A program made the translations under genes and the position numbers. A stretch of 64,000 nt of DNA from Nitrososphaerales archaeon (GTDB lineage: Archaea; Thermoproteota; Nitrososphaeria; Nitrososphaerales; UBA213): contig CBDAOC010000017.1 of assembly GCA_965197925.1 (NCBI GenBank), positions 32,001 to 96,000 on the forward strand. Reading direction: 5' to 3'. The number at the start of each line of letters is the position of its first letter. Positions within the stretch are counted from its first letter, which is position 1. The notes beneath the pieces were generated by a model. It worked only from the letters and a program-made list of their open reading frames with translations, searched no databases and was not told the origin of the DNA. Positions 9,469 to 20,054 of the stretch are shown here, in pieces.

Positions 9469-10628
9469 CCGCTTGCATATTTGTATTTGAACGGAGAAAT
9501 CTGTCTCAATGTGTCAACAATCCTTCCCATATCTTTTACAGTTTGTTCAATTTCATCAATCGTGTTATGTATACCAAGTGTCAATCTCAATGAACCAGTT
9601 ATCTCTTCATGGTTGAAACCCATTGCCTTCAAAACATGTGAAGCTTGTTGCTTCTGAACAGAACATGCAGAACCTGTTGAAGCCTCAATACCAATTTCGT
9701 CTAGTTTGGTAATTAGATCTTCGCCATTCACACCTAGAAACGTGAAATGTGCATTGTTAGGTAATCTCAGTATTGCATGCCCATTCAATTTAGCATGTCT
9801 TATACTTCTTAACGTTGAATCGATTAAATGATCACGTAATTTGCCAACTCGATTTTCATATTCATCCATATAATGCATTGCTAATTGCGCGGCTTTACCC
9901 ATCCCTACTATACCAGCAACATTCTGCGTTCCAGGTCTGATCTCTTCCTCCTGTCCTCCTCCATGCAGTATGGGGTCAATCTTCAAATCACTCTTAATGC
10001 AGATAGCACCTACTCCCTTTGGACCATACATTTTATGTGCAGATAATGTTATCATATCAATTCCTGCAGCTTCCATATCAATAGGTATCTTTCCAACAGC
10101 CTGCACAGCATCTGTATGAAAGACAATTTTATATTCATGAGCAATCTGCGCAATTTTTCTGATAGGTTGTATGGTTCCTACCTCGTTGTTGGCAAACATA
10201 ACACTAATCAAAATTGTTTTTTCATTAATGGCGCTCTCTAGCGCATCAAGGTCAACTATTCCATTACTGTCAACCGGCAAGTAGGTGACATTGAATCCGT
10301 TTCGCGCCAATTCGTTACAGGGTTTAAGAACGGATTCATGCTCAATGCCGCTGGTAATTATATGATTACCTTTTGCTTTCATAGAACTTGCAAAACCTTT
10401 CAAAATTAGATTATTTGCTTCAGTGGCACCCGAAGTAAACACAATTTTGCCTTTAGAATTGATGAGCGTAGAAATTCTCTTTCTGGCAAGCTGTAAGGCA
10501 TTATTTGCCTGCCTTCCCAACCTATGCATAGAAGATGGATTTCCATAATATTCTTTCGTGTACGGCAGCATTTCATCCAGAACTTCCTCCAATATGGGTG
10601 TAGTAGCTGCATGATCAAGGTAGACCAT
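9465..10628 (-). CDS. iscS: Cysteine desulfurase (IscS/NifS)
   Basis: YLDHAATT, TSGATE, HTDAVQ, SAHK (PLP lysine) and STGSAC motifs. Confidence 0.93.
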   Translation of the reverse strand: MVYLDHAATTPILEEVLDEMLPYTKEYYGNPSSMHRLGRQANNALQLARKRISTLINSKGKIVFTSGATEANNLILKGFASSMKAKGNHIITSGIEHESVLKPCNELARNGFNVTYLPVDSNGIVDLDALESAINEKTILISVMFANNEVGTIQPIRKIAQIAHEYKIVFHTDAVQAVGKIPIDMEAAGIDMITLSAHKMYGPKGVGAICIKSDLKIDPILHGGGQEEEIRPGTQNVAGIVGMGKAAQLAMHYMDEYENRVGKLRDHLIDSTLRSIRHAKLNGHAILRLPNNAHFTFLGVNGEDLITKLDEIGIEASTGSACSVQKQQASHVLKAMGFNHEEITGSLRLTLGIHNTIDEIEQTVKDMGRIVDTLRQISPFKYKYASG

Positions 10629-11423
10629 TCACATCACATTAAGACTTCCAGTAATATACCCTCTCGCCTCTATTGCAATATACGTGTAGCCTAGTCTCTT
10701 AAGATTGACGTCCAGTTCATCGAGTTTTTCCTGATCAAATAATAAATATCTCTCATTTCTACCAACTTCGATCCTAGCAATTTCATTATGGTCTCTAACC
10801 CTAACCTGTTTTACACCAAATAGTTGTTTGACGATTGCTTCTGCTATCTCTATCTTCTTGAGCTTGTCACTTGTAACCTTTAGTCCATGCGGAATTCTTG
10901 ACGCCAAGCAAGCATTAGATGGTTTGTCGAATATAGATAAGTTTAATGTATAAGCGATCTGCCTCACTTCACTCTTCTTTATCGATAGCTCTGCTAGAGG
11001 ACTCTTTACACCATTCTGTTGTAACGCAATAAGACCAGGTCTGAAATCTTCAAAGTCCTCCACATTAGTACCATCAACTATTAATTTCGTATTTTCCCTA
11101 TTTGCGACCTCAAATAAGTGAGTAACAAGTTCGGTTCTGCAATGGAAACATCGGAATTCATCATTCCTGACAAAATCTGGGTTTTCTAGTTCAGAGTACT
11201 CTATTAATTTATGTTTAATTCCTATTTCTTTCGCTACTTTTCTAGCACTTTCGAGCTCATCGTCAGAAAGTGTCTTGTAATCAGCGGTAACCGCAATGGC
11301 ATTGCCATCCAATGCCTTCTTTGCAGCATAAGCAACAACCGCGCTGTCTACTCCTCCAGAAAGAGCAACGATTACCCTATTCTTACCTGAAAACCATTGC
11401 ACTAATTCATCAAACTTTTTCAC
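10629..11423 (-). CDS. larE: LarE ATP-dependent sulfur transferase
   Basis: PP-loop SGGVDS, RCFHC, DGTN, RPG, ACLASRIP and QVRVRDH motifs. Confidence 0.9.
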   Translation of the reverse strand: MKKFDELVQWFSGKNRVIVALSGGVDSAVVAYAAKKALDGNAIAVTADYKTLSDDELESARKVAKEIGIKHKLIEYSELENPDFVRNDEFRCFHCRTELVTHLFEVANRENTKLIVDGTNVEDFEDFRPGLIALQQNGVKSPLAELSIKKSEVRQIAYTLNLSIFDKPSNACLASRIPHGLKVTSDKLKKIEIAEAIVKQLFGVKQVRVRDHNEIARIEVGRNERYLLFDQEKLDELDVNLKRLGYTYIAIEARGYITGSLNVM

Positions 11424-12655
11424 GATTGGTTCACTGCTAACTTATCCATTATTGAATGTTGTATCATGGTTGATGCAAGAGGAAATGGTATTCCCAACTT
11501 CATAGATACACTCTTCACATCTTCGTATTCTGGTTTTGCATATACCACTCTATTCTGCTCTTTGACTGTTTTAACCCGTATATTAAATTCCTCACCCTTA
11601 ATTCTAACGGGTATGGTAAGTATTATTCTGGGCCGAACGTACCGCGAAGTTTGATGAACTCTTACGCCTAAAGTACCAGACTCCTCTACCAATGCATTTA
11701 GGACAGAATTTACAAACTCGTTTTCGCAAATTACACGTATAATGTATCCCGGCCTGTTTTTTTTGGTTGTAGTGGGAATTACGCTAACATCTTTTACACC
11801 TTTCTCCACCAAGGTATCGATAATATTTCCAATCATTTCACCAGTTGCATCGTCAACATTTGTTTCTAGGACATGAATAATGTCCATCTGCATCTTTTGT
11901 ACTTCTTTACCTAGAACAATTTTTAACAAATTTGGGAATTCTGTAAAGTCCTTTCTTCCCGCGCCATACCCTACTCTACTTGGTTGAAACGCTGGGTAGT
12001 AATCCAATGATCCTTTTGCCAGATTAACCAGCATTGACGCACCCGTAGGAGTTGTAATTTCACTGTCAACCGGCCCACCTATGAGTGTAAAATTTCTATT
12101 CTTAAAAATCTCTAGTATTGCACTTCCTGGGTTTGTTATTGTTCCATGCGAAAATGTCAATACACCTCCTCCAACAGCAACTCTGCTTGAATATATTTCT
12201 GTATTAAATAATCCCAGATCCTGTATTGCAACAGCAGTACCAACAATATCAACAAGCGTATCAATACTTGATGCCTCATGTAAATGTACATTACCATATT
12301 CCTCACCATGCACATTTGCTTCAGTTTCTATCAATGTTCTTATGCTTCCCAAGGCGAACGCCTTCGCTTTATTTTCTAGATCCAATGAATCACAGCATTG
12401 TGCAATCGAGTCGTAGACATCTACCCCCTTTCTCTCATGCAGATCATCATCGATCTGTAAATTCAATGCCGTAGCACGAAAGCCCGATCGCTTTACCTCT
12501 AAAAATGATAAATCTACTATTTTGCTGCCTTCATGAAAATTCTGGTATGACAATAATGCATTAATGACCCTATTCTTATTTGCCCCAATATCAATCAATG
12601 ACGAAAGTAACATATCTCCAGAAATTCCAGCGATCTGACTGTCAATGACTAACAT
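11420..12655 (-). CDS. larC: LarC nickel insertase for the nickel-pincer cofactor
   Basis: AGISGDM, HLHE, DTLVDIVG, TPTGA, GYGAG, ETNVDD, KKNRPG and KPEYED motifs. Confidence 0.92.
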   Translation of the reverse strand: MLVIDSQIAGISGDMLLSSLIDIGANKNRVINALLSYQNFHEGSKIVDLSFLEVKRSGFRATALNLQIDDDLHERKGVDVYDSIAQCCDSLDLENKAKAFALGSIRTLIETEANVHGEEYGNVHLHEASSIDTLVDIVGTAVAIQDLGLFNTEIYSSRVAVGGGVLTFSHGTITNPGSAILEIFKNRNFTLIGGPVDSEITTPTGASMLVNLAKGSLDYYPAFQPSRVGYGAGRKDFTEFPNLLKIVLGKEVQKMQMDIIHVLETNVDDATGEMIGNIIDTLVEKGVKDVSVIPTTTKKNRPGYIIRVICENEFVNSVLNALVEESGTLGVRVHQTSRYVRPRIILTIPVRIKGEEFNIRVKTVKEQNRVVYAKPEYEDVKSVSMKLGIPFPLASTMIQHSIMDKLAVNQS

Positions 12656-12785
12656 ATAATATAGAATGTATATTTTTTATATAAATTTATTTTAAAAAAT
12701 TCAAAGTTATGGAAAGGTTTGATAAATCAGTTGCCGACTCGGTTTATGCAAACCTATAAGTAATTGCAGAAATGTAGGGCATCTT

Positions 12786-13700
12786 ACGATAACGATTATT
12801 GGTTCTGGCAAGGTTGGAAGTTCTATGGCGTTGCAGATTGCAATGAAGGAGCTTGATACACAAGTCCTGTTACTTGATGTAGTGAAAGGACTTCCACAGG
12901 GAGAGGCTATGGATATTTCACACTTACTCTCTGAAAGGGGCATCGACACTCATGTTAAAGGATCGAATGACTATGGAGACATGAAGGGTTCAGAGATTGT
13001 TGTAATTGTCGCAGGAGTTGGTAGGAAGCCGGGAATGACTAGAATGGATTTGCTTAACACTAACGCTTCAATCATTAAGAGCGTCGCAAAGAAGGTAGCA
13101 GAAAACTCAAAAGATACCAAGGTGATTACAGTCACAAATCCATTAGATCCTATGACATATGTAACATTGAAGGTCACACAGTTCAGCCCTAGTAGAGTAA
13201 TGGGTATGGGCAATATGTTAGACGTATCAAGGTTCAAGAACTTTATTGCAGATTCTACCAAAGCTTCGCGATCTACAATAGATGCTTTGGTAATCGGTGA
13301 ACATGGAGAGAATATGCTCCCATTGACACGATATTCATCAATATCAGGTATACCCTTGACTAACTTTTTAGATAATAAGGAAGTTCAACACATAGTCGAG
13401 GCTACGAGAAAGGTAGCAGCAGAAGTTATAGCGTTGAAGGGTGCAACGATCTTCGCACCGGCAAATGCTGTTACACACATGGTCGAGGCAATAGTCAAGG
13501 ACAAAAAGGAAATAATGCCTGTAGCAGGTTTTCTTACCGGTCAATATGGTATTAACGAGATCTGCATAGGTGTCCCAGCAGTTCTAGGTAAAGATGGAAT
13601 TGAAGAAATAATTGAACTTGAATTAAATGCAGAAGAAAAGGAATGGTTTGACAAGGGTGTTAAAAGTGTTAAAGATGCAATTGAAGGAATCTCATTTTAA
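12786..13700 (+). CDS. mdh: LDH-like malate dehydrogenase (start position is ACG)
   Basis: [11 protein letters not shown]ossmann motif upstream of the ATG at 12825; [15 protein letters not shown] and GEHG motifs. Confidence 0.9.
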   Translation, partial: TITIIGSGKVGSSMALQIAMKELDTQVLLLDVVKGLPQGEAMDISHLLSERGIDTHVKGSNDYGDMKGSEIVVIVAGVGRKPGMTRMDLLNTNASIIKSVAKKVAENSKDTKVITVTNPLDPMTYVTLKVTQFSPSRVMGMGNMLDVSRFKNFIADSTKASRSTIDALVIGEHGENMLPLTRYSSISGIPLTNFLDNKEVQHIVEATRKVAAEVIALKGATIFAPANAVTHMVEAIVKDKKEIMPVAGFLTGQYGINEICIGVPAVLGKDGIEEIIELELNAEEKEWFDKGVKSVKDAIEGISF

Positions 13701-13808
13701 CCCTAATATTTCTATAACTTTTCTAGGATGTGAGGATTACCCGATTAGTATAACCGATTCTATTCTTTTTAAGATACCCCCATATTGACCTAATAGGCGT
13801 CTAGCAAA

Positions 13809-14678
13809 TTGCAAAACACTATTAACATAGCCGTAATAGTAAAACTGGAGCCAGATCTCTCCGAAGGTAATGTAAGTTATAATTCAGATGGGACACTCAA
13901 CAGATCGCAGACCAAAAGTATTCTGGGTGCCCATAGTAGAATAGCTTCGAGGGCTGCCTTGTATTCCAAAGTTCTCTATGATACAAACATCAAAATATGT
14001 ACAATGGGACCACCTATTGCTGATACAGCACTGAAGCAAGCATTAGAGGTATGTGATGCTGATGAATTGCATTTGTATAACGATAGGGCATTTGCAGGTG
14101 CAGATACTCTTGCAACAGCAGAAGTTCTCAAAACTGGCATAGAATTTATGGGTTCTATTGATTTGGTGATCAGCGGACATAGAGCAGTTGATGGTGAAAC
14201 TGGTCAGACTGGCCCACAAGTGGCATGGAAGTTAGGTTTCAACTTTCTGGGCAACGTTATCGATTACAGAGTGGACACCATTAACAAAATACTGCATGTA
14301 TCAAGGCTTATAGAAATACAAGGGCTCTATAATGTTCTAGAAGAAGTTGAATGTCCATTACCAGCATTGATTGCTGTAGACCCTTCTTACAAGGACAATT
14401 ACAGTACCGTCTCGCAGCGGCTAAAATACGAGAGACTTCAAAAGAATGCATCAAAAAGGGCTGAGAATTATAAGAGGTATCTGAATGTATGGAATGGTAA
14501 GGATCTTGATATTGACAAGAAAAAGGTAGGCCTACCTGGATCTCCTACCATAGTGTACAAGGTTGAAAAGGTTCCTAGGGCCAAAGCGAGTAGACAGACA
14601 AAGAAAATAGATATTGACAGCGACGGTCAATTGAAAGATCTTAGCAAAAAATTGGTGGAGATACTTAGCAACGGGTGA
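13809..14678 (+). CDS. etfB: Electron transfer flavoprotein beta subunit (FixA-like)
   Basis: TMGPP, DRAFAGADTLATA, DGETGQTGP and GLPGSPT motifs. Confidence 0.92.
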   Translation: MQNTINIAVIVKLEPDLSEGNVSYNSDGTLNRSQTKSILGAHSRIASRAALYSKVLYDTNIKICTMGPPIADTALKQALEVCDADELHLYNDRAFAGADTLATAEVLKTGIEFMGSIDLVISGHRAVDGETGQTGPQVAWKLGFNFLGNVIDYRVDTINKILHVSRLIEIQGLYNVLEEVECPLPALIAVDPSYKDNYSTVSQRLKYERLQKNASKRAENYKRYLNVWNGKDLDIDKKKVGLPGSPTIVYKVEKVPRAKASRQTKKIDIDSDGQLKDLSKKLVEILSNG

Positions 14679-15847
14679 AATGCATGAAGTTTGAACATCT
14701 TATAGTATGTTTTGAGCATGATGATGGACATCCTGCAAACGTAAGTTTCGAGATGCTTGGAGAGGCAAGAAGGTTGATGGATGAATTTAACGAAAAATAT
14801 TCGCTGAATGAAAAGGTTATAGCAATAATCCTAGGGCATAATATAGGGCCTTTATGCGAAATGGCAATACATGCTGGTGCTGATGCTGTAATAATCACCG
14901 ATCATCCCGAATTGAGGTACCCAAGGACAACTATTGATACTAAAGTGATATGTTCAATAGTCAGAGACAAGAATACTATTGCAAGAGCAGTTAAAGTATC
15001 AGAAGAATATGTCAAACCTAGATTCATGTTCTTTGGTGCTGATGCTATAGGAAGGCATTTATCATCTACTGTTCTGGCTGAATTAGAATCGGGGCTAGCA
15101 TCTGATGTTAACAAGTTGGTTATTGATGACGTGCCTATTCAACATCAACATAAAACCAAGGGAACCCCTGAAGTGTACGAAAAAACGTTATTGATGTATA
15201 GACCAGATTTCAGCGGATTTCTGTGGACTCAAATCTTGTGTTTGGACAACAAAAATCCCGAGATTGAATTCGAGTTTTCACCCCAAGCATGTAGCATAAT
15301 TCCTGGCGTATTTCAACCCGTTAATGATAAGAGCAGGAGAGGCAATGTCGTTGAATATGAACCAACTTTTTCTGACAAGGATCTTAGATTCCGGATAATG
15401 AAGAGAGAGGTGATAAAGAATGAGGTACCATTGGAAGATTACAAGGTGGTGGTTGCTTTTGGTAGAGGAATAAAGGATAATCCAGAATATAATATTAAAC
15501 TGATTGAAATGTTAGCCAAGTCATTAGGTGCCGAAGTCGCAATTTCTCTTCCATTATCAAAACAACCTTACAACATAAGCCGGTCATTGAAATCAACTTA
15601 TTTCATTCCAGCAAGAGTGATAGGCACAAGTGGAAAGAAAATACAGCCGAAATTATATGTAGCAATAGGTATTAGCGGTGCTGCACAACATATAGTAGGG
15701 ATGAAAGATTCGGAATTCGTTTTATCCATAAATCCAGATCCGGAGGCACCAATCAAAGATGAAAGCGATATCTACATACACGGAAGAATGGAAGATGTCT
15801 TACCTAAATTGATCGATTTAGTGAAAAAACTAAAAGGCGATACATGA
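14675..15847 (+). CDS. etfA: Electron transfer flavoprotein alpha subunit (FixB-like)
   Basis: IGTSGKKIQPKLYVAIGISGAAQHIVGM and INPDPEAPI motifs. Confidence 0.92.
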   Translation: MKCMKFEHLIVCFEHDDGHPANVSFEMLGEARRLMDEFNEKYSLNEKVIAIILGHNIGPLCEMAIHAGADAVIITDHPELRYPRTTIDTKVICSIVRDKNTIARAVKVSEEYVKPRFMFFGADAIGRHLSSTVLAELESGLASDVNKLVIDDVPIQHQHKTKGTPEVYEKTLLMYRPDFSGFLWTQILCLDNKNPEIEFEFSPQACSIIPGVFQPVNDKSRRGNVVEYEPTFSDKDLRFRIMKREVIKNEVPLEDYKVVVAFGRGIKDNPEYNIKLIEMLAKSLGAEVAISLPLSKQPYNISRSLKSTYFIPARVIGTSGKKIQPKLYVAIGISGAAQHIVGMKDSEFVLSINPDPEAPIKDESDIYIHGRMEDVLPKLIDLVKKLKGDT

Positions 15848-17736
15848 TGGAAAAGTATGATGTTGCAATAGTGGGGGGTGGTTCTTCGGGTCTAGCAGCC
15901 TTAAAAGAATTATCCAAATTTGGTTTGCAAGCTGTTGTACTTGAAGCAGCTAAACCGGTGGGTTCCAAGAGCGTTAGTGGCGGAATACTTTATTCCAAAA
16001 TGTATGAAACTGCTATTGTTCACAATGTAGAGGAGGTTTATGAAAATTTCCTTGAGGAAGTTCCTGTGGAAAGGAGAATCAATAGTTATTATCTTAACGC
16101 AGTCTCAGGCAATAAGGTTTACACTATCGACCTAACTGAAGCGCATAACTATCAGACCAACTTTGCCTATTCAGTCTTGATGGCTAAACTTAATGGATGG
16201 TTTGCAGTACAGGCCGAAGAAGCGGCTCAAAAGAATGGAGGCGGTATTGTTTCAGGCGTTCATGTAAATAATATTGTATGGGAAAATGGCAAGACAATAG
16301 TTGAGACTGACGAACTTGAGCCCATACAGGTTAGCGCTGTTATTGCAGCCGATGGTGTGAATTCTGAAGTTGCCCTCATGGTTGGTGCCAGGAAAAAATT
16401 CGATTTGGAGGCTCTTTATCAGGGCGTGAAATCTATAGTAAAATTGCCCGAAGATATTATCAATGAAAGGTATAATTTGAGAGACGATGAGGGCGTTGCC
16501 CATTTATTTGCAGGTGATATTTCTAGAGGACACAATGGTGGTGGTTTCATTTATTCGAATAAAGAGACGCTCTCTGTTGGGTTGGTTTATCATTTGGACT
16601 CTTTAATTAAGAGTCCAATTGAACCATATAGCTTACTTGACAGCTTTCTAACGATCCCTCAAGTGAGTAATTTCATCAAGGATGAAGTTCCCTTTGTGAA
16701 GGAAATTGATAAGAATCTTCCAAAGGAGGAAAAGTTGAGAATAAGGTTCGGTATGAGTAAGTTATTGAAGTTATGGGCTGAATTGCGATACATATACTAT
16801 TCTAAAAATGCTAGAAAAAGAAATTTGGAATCTGGGCTATATAAAAACGAAGATGAATTGAAGCAAAGGTTGGATGAAACCAGAAAGCAGCTTGAAAAAC
16901 AATTTGGAGTTGAATTTGGAACCAATTACGTGGAACTAGAATATTCTGCGAAACTTGTCCCAGACGGTAAACGGGCGTTGATGGAGAAACCTTACTCCAA
17001 TAATGTATTGTTTGTTGGTGATGCCGCTGGAAGAGGTATATTTGTGGGCACAAGAATTGAGGGGATAAATATTGGTATAGATGATGCTGCAAGGGCTGCA
17101 AGAGCTATAGCAAGGGCAAAAGAGAGGAATGCTTTTACAGAAGACTATTTGGGCAGATTTTATGGGGATCTGATAAACGATAGCCCCTATACCAATGATA
17201 TAAAGAGAATAGATTTTGAGTATTTACGAATACTCGTAAACAAGTGCAAAGACATTCCTACCGAATCGTTTAACTTGTTTCTTCGCTTGGGATTCATGCT
17301 CATACAGAAGGCATCAGTCCAGGAATTTGCTAAAGCTGTCACGAAAATGTTAGATCAGCGATCATTGCTTGCATTGATTGAAAGCAATGAAGCGTATGTA
17401 AAGATACCTATGGAGGTTGCTGAAAAGATAGGTAAAAATGTCGAATCCGACTATGAAATAAGACCGCCAAGCATAGATGAGAGGATAGCCAGAATTAAAA
17501 TAAATGATGATCCAGAACCACACATCAAGATGATTGATCCTAATTCGAAGTTCATTAAAAGCATGGTTCAACTATGTCCAACGAAATGTTACATAATGGA
17601 GATTCTAAACAAAGAGAGGTTCAAATCCCAAGTTATTTTTCAACATGAGGGTTGCATTGAGTGTGGTACCTGTGCAAATGAAACTAACTGGAAGCATCCT
17701 AAGGGTGAGAGGGGAGTAACTTATGAATATGGCTAG
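15844..17736 (+). CDS. fixC: FixC-type flavoprotein oxidoreductase fused to a FixX ferredoxin
   Basis: GGGSSG FAD motif, SGG, ADGVNS and VGDAAG; C-terminal CPTKCY...GCIECGTC...HPKGERGVTYEYG matches FixX. Confidence 0.85.
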   Translation: MMEKYDVAIVGGGSSGLAALKELSKFGLQAVVLEAAKPVGSKSVSGGILYSKMYETAIVHNVEEVYENFLEEVPVERRINSYYLNAVSGNKVYTIDLTEAHNYQTNFAYSVLMAKLNGWFAVQAEEAAQKNGGGIVSGVHVNNIVWENGKTIVETDELEPIQVSAVIAADGVNSEVALMVGARKKFDLEALYQGVKSIVKLPEDIINERYNLRDDEGVAHLFAGDISRGHNGGGFIYSNKETLSVGLVYHLDSLIKSPIEPYSLLDSFLTIPQVSNFIKDEVPFVKEIDKNLPKEEKLRIRFGMSKLLKLWAELRYIYYSKNARKRNLESGLYKNEDELKQRLDETRKQLEKQFGVEFGTNYVELEYSAKLVPDGKRALMEKPYSNNVLFVGDAAGRGIFVGTRIEGINIGIDDAARAARAIARAKERNAFTEDYLGRFYGDLINDSPYTNDIKRIDFEYLRILVNKCKDIPTESFNLFLRLGFMLIQKASVQEFAKAVTKMLDQRSLLALIESNEAYVKIPMEVAEKIGKNVESDYEIRPPSIDERIARIKINDDPEPHIKMIDPNSKFIKSMVQLCPTKCYIMEILNKERFKSQVIFQHEGCIECGTCANETNWKHPKGERGVTYEYG

Positions 17737-18020
17737 CAATATGGTATTTTGAAATTTATTCCTTATCCATTTCAGCCTAGATAATATTGATACTACATTT
17801 TTTTAAGTATAGGTTACAAGATTTAGTCTAAAAATAATGTAAGCAAATCCATTTTCCAATTTGGTCATGAGTGAATTTATACCTCCTTTTCAGGTTCAAA
17901 CTCATTAGCAGCAAAAATCTTGAAAATTAATAGTTCTTCTCTTCTAATTTAGTGATTTGATCAAATAGCTTCCAATTAGATCCTTAGTAAACATGTTCTT
18001 CCTGCAAGTGCAAGCTAAAT

Positions 18021-19186
18021 GAGGCTTGGGCGTAATTTAGTTCGAAACGATAAGTTCAGATTCCATTTTTCATTGGTAATGTGTTTAGCTCAGACTCGAT
18101 ACTTCTTCATATATTATTTTTGATTGACGTGATTCGGACAAAACCTAATAGGAAAAGGGGTAGACCATTCTACTATTCTCCTACAGTTATGGTGAGATGC
18201 TTCATCGTTAGAGTATGGATAAGAATATCAGGCAACAATGCTTTGCATGAATATTTTTCGATAGACATGCCATACAACAGGAAGGTAATGAAGGCATGTG
18301 GTCTTGATAGGTTGCCAGACAGAAGGACGTTTGATAGAAGGTTCAAGGCCGTATCAATTGACATAAGATCAAGGATAGATGTTATGGGTATGCTCTTCAT
18401 AAAAGATGGGTTGGTAGACTTGCGGGATAAGGCCCTGGATAAAGGGCAAACTTGGGATGGGTATGCTCTTCATAAAAGATGGGTTGGTAGACCCAGCCAT
18501 AATATCCGTTGACAGTTCATTGTTGAAAGCAAAGGGACATGTATGGCACAAATCTAGCATGAAGAAGAATGAAGTGCCACGCTCCGGTATAGATACAGAT
18601 GCTCGATGGGGCTACAGCAGAACCAAGGGATGGGTATTCGGATACAAGATACATCTAGCATGTAGTACTGGTTCGTTGATAGTTCCATTATCAGCTGATT
18701 TCACAACAGCTAACATTACTGATAACAAGATGTATGAAAGCATAACATCTTCATTGCCTACAGGAATGGTAAGGTATGTTGTAGGAGATGAAGGATATGA
18801 TGATCACAAGTTATGTGATTTCAGCAGGTATAGAGGGTATCCAGTATTCCCATTGGAAAGGTATAGGCATACTACAGATAATAATAGACTGGCATTGCTG
18901 CAGTTCTATCAATCGGAATTTGGGCAGCATGTATATTCTCGGAGGAGCATAAGCGTTGAGCCATTGATAGAGCATATGAAGGATGTATTTACCATAGATC
19001 CATTGCCAGTTAGAGGATTTGATAAAGCTAGGAGCATCGTTCTGATTTCTATATTGCTATACCAGCTGATGGTATACTACAACTACTTGACAGGAAGACC
19101 ATTAAGGGCATTGAAGCACATGTTGGGAAGTTAATCAATCAGATGCATCAAGTTATTTTTGTTATATGGAATAATGCCCATGCCTC
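18021..19186 (+). mobile_element. IS element (family C, DDE transposase), disrupted
   Basis: TIR GAGGCTTGGGC / GCCCATGCCTC with AAAT on both flanks; VDSS, GDEGYD and RISVEP DDE motifs; frameshifted by a 73-bp insertion. Confidence 0.9.
18384..18492. repeat. 36-bp perfect direct repeat flanking a 37-bp unique insert (repeat-spacer-repeat)
   Basis: ATGGGTATGCTCTTCATAAAAGATGGGTTGGTAGAC at 18384-18419 and 18457-18492; single copy without insert in the sister IS copies. Confidence 0.95.
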
Positions 19187-19247
19187 AAATAAATATTGGT
19201 ACTGGGTTAACAAAATCTTTAAACCAAATGCCTAATAGTTGTAGAGT

Positions 19248-19721
19248 ATGAACAAATGGGCAGCAATAGTAGCGGTGATAATAGCCACATCAGCATTAGT
19301 CTTGTCTTCATCAATTGACACTATCGAGAGTCAAGTGGATACCATTGACGTATTTGACTCTACAACTATCTTACTTGATTTCAAAAAGCTAGAAGCAGCT
19401 GATTACATGATCTTGTACAGCTCAGGACCAAAAATCATAACTTCAGGGAGTATTGTAGCTAAACTACCTTGCGACGAAAACTCTGATCCAAAGGATTGGA
19501 TGTTGATAGGAGGTGTTGGTACAGACCTCTCTAGCTTTCAACCTATAGAAGTACAGCTTACCCAAGGTAATCCTGGAAGTATGTGTGCATATGGAGCCAA
19601 CATACTAGGTGAATATGCAACGATTTCTGTAGTAGTGATGGTCAATAACGGCGGCGATGCAATAAGATTACCAAGGACTTCAACTATTATAGTAACGGTG
19701 CATGCTTTAACTTCACAATAA
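19248..19721 (+). CDS. Exported protein, thaumarchaeal type
   Basis: Signal peptide; IVAKLPCD...GSMCAY cysteine pair. Confidence 0.75.
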   Translation: MNKWAAIVAVIIATSALVLSSSIDTIESQVDTIDVFDSTTILLDFKKLEAADYMILYSSGPKIITSGSIVAKLPCDENSDPKDWMLIGGVGTDLSSFQPIEVQLTQGNPGSMCAYGANILGEYATISVVVMVNNGGDAIRLPRTSTIIVTVHALTSQ

Positions 19722-20054
19722 GCATCTGTAATAGACAACGACTTTTTTTTGTCATCTCTCTAGTTTGTTATTATAGGCTGGAGGTGTTTTCAAATTAAAC
19801 ACCTTGTTTTGTCTTGGCGGATAGGTAGATTTAGTCAGTTAAGTATTAATCTCTAGACTTGCCTATTTTTACAACTTTTGGAAAATAATTTTTCTATATT
19901 AAATAGAATCAATAATCTTCAGAGATGAAGAATCAATCTTAAAAAAAGTGCTAAAACTTCTAAATAACTCTAAATTACACATAGAACCTATCATAGATTA
20001 AACAGAATCACTATATGAATTTCTGTTCTATTAAGCATATATTAATACCGTGCA

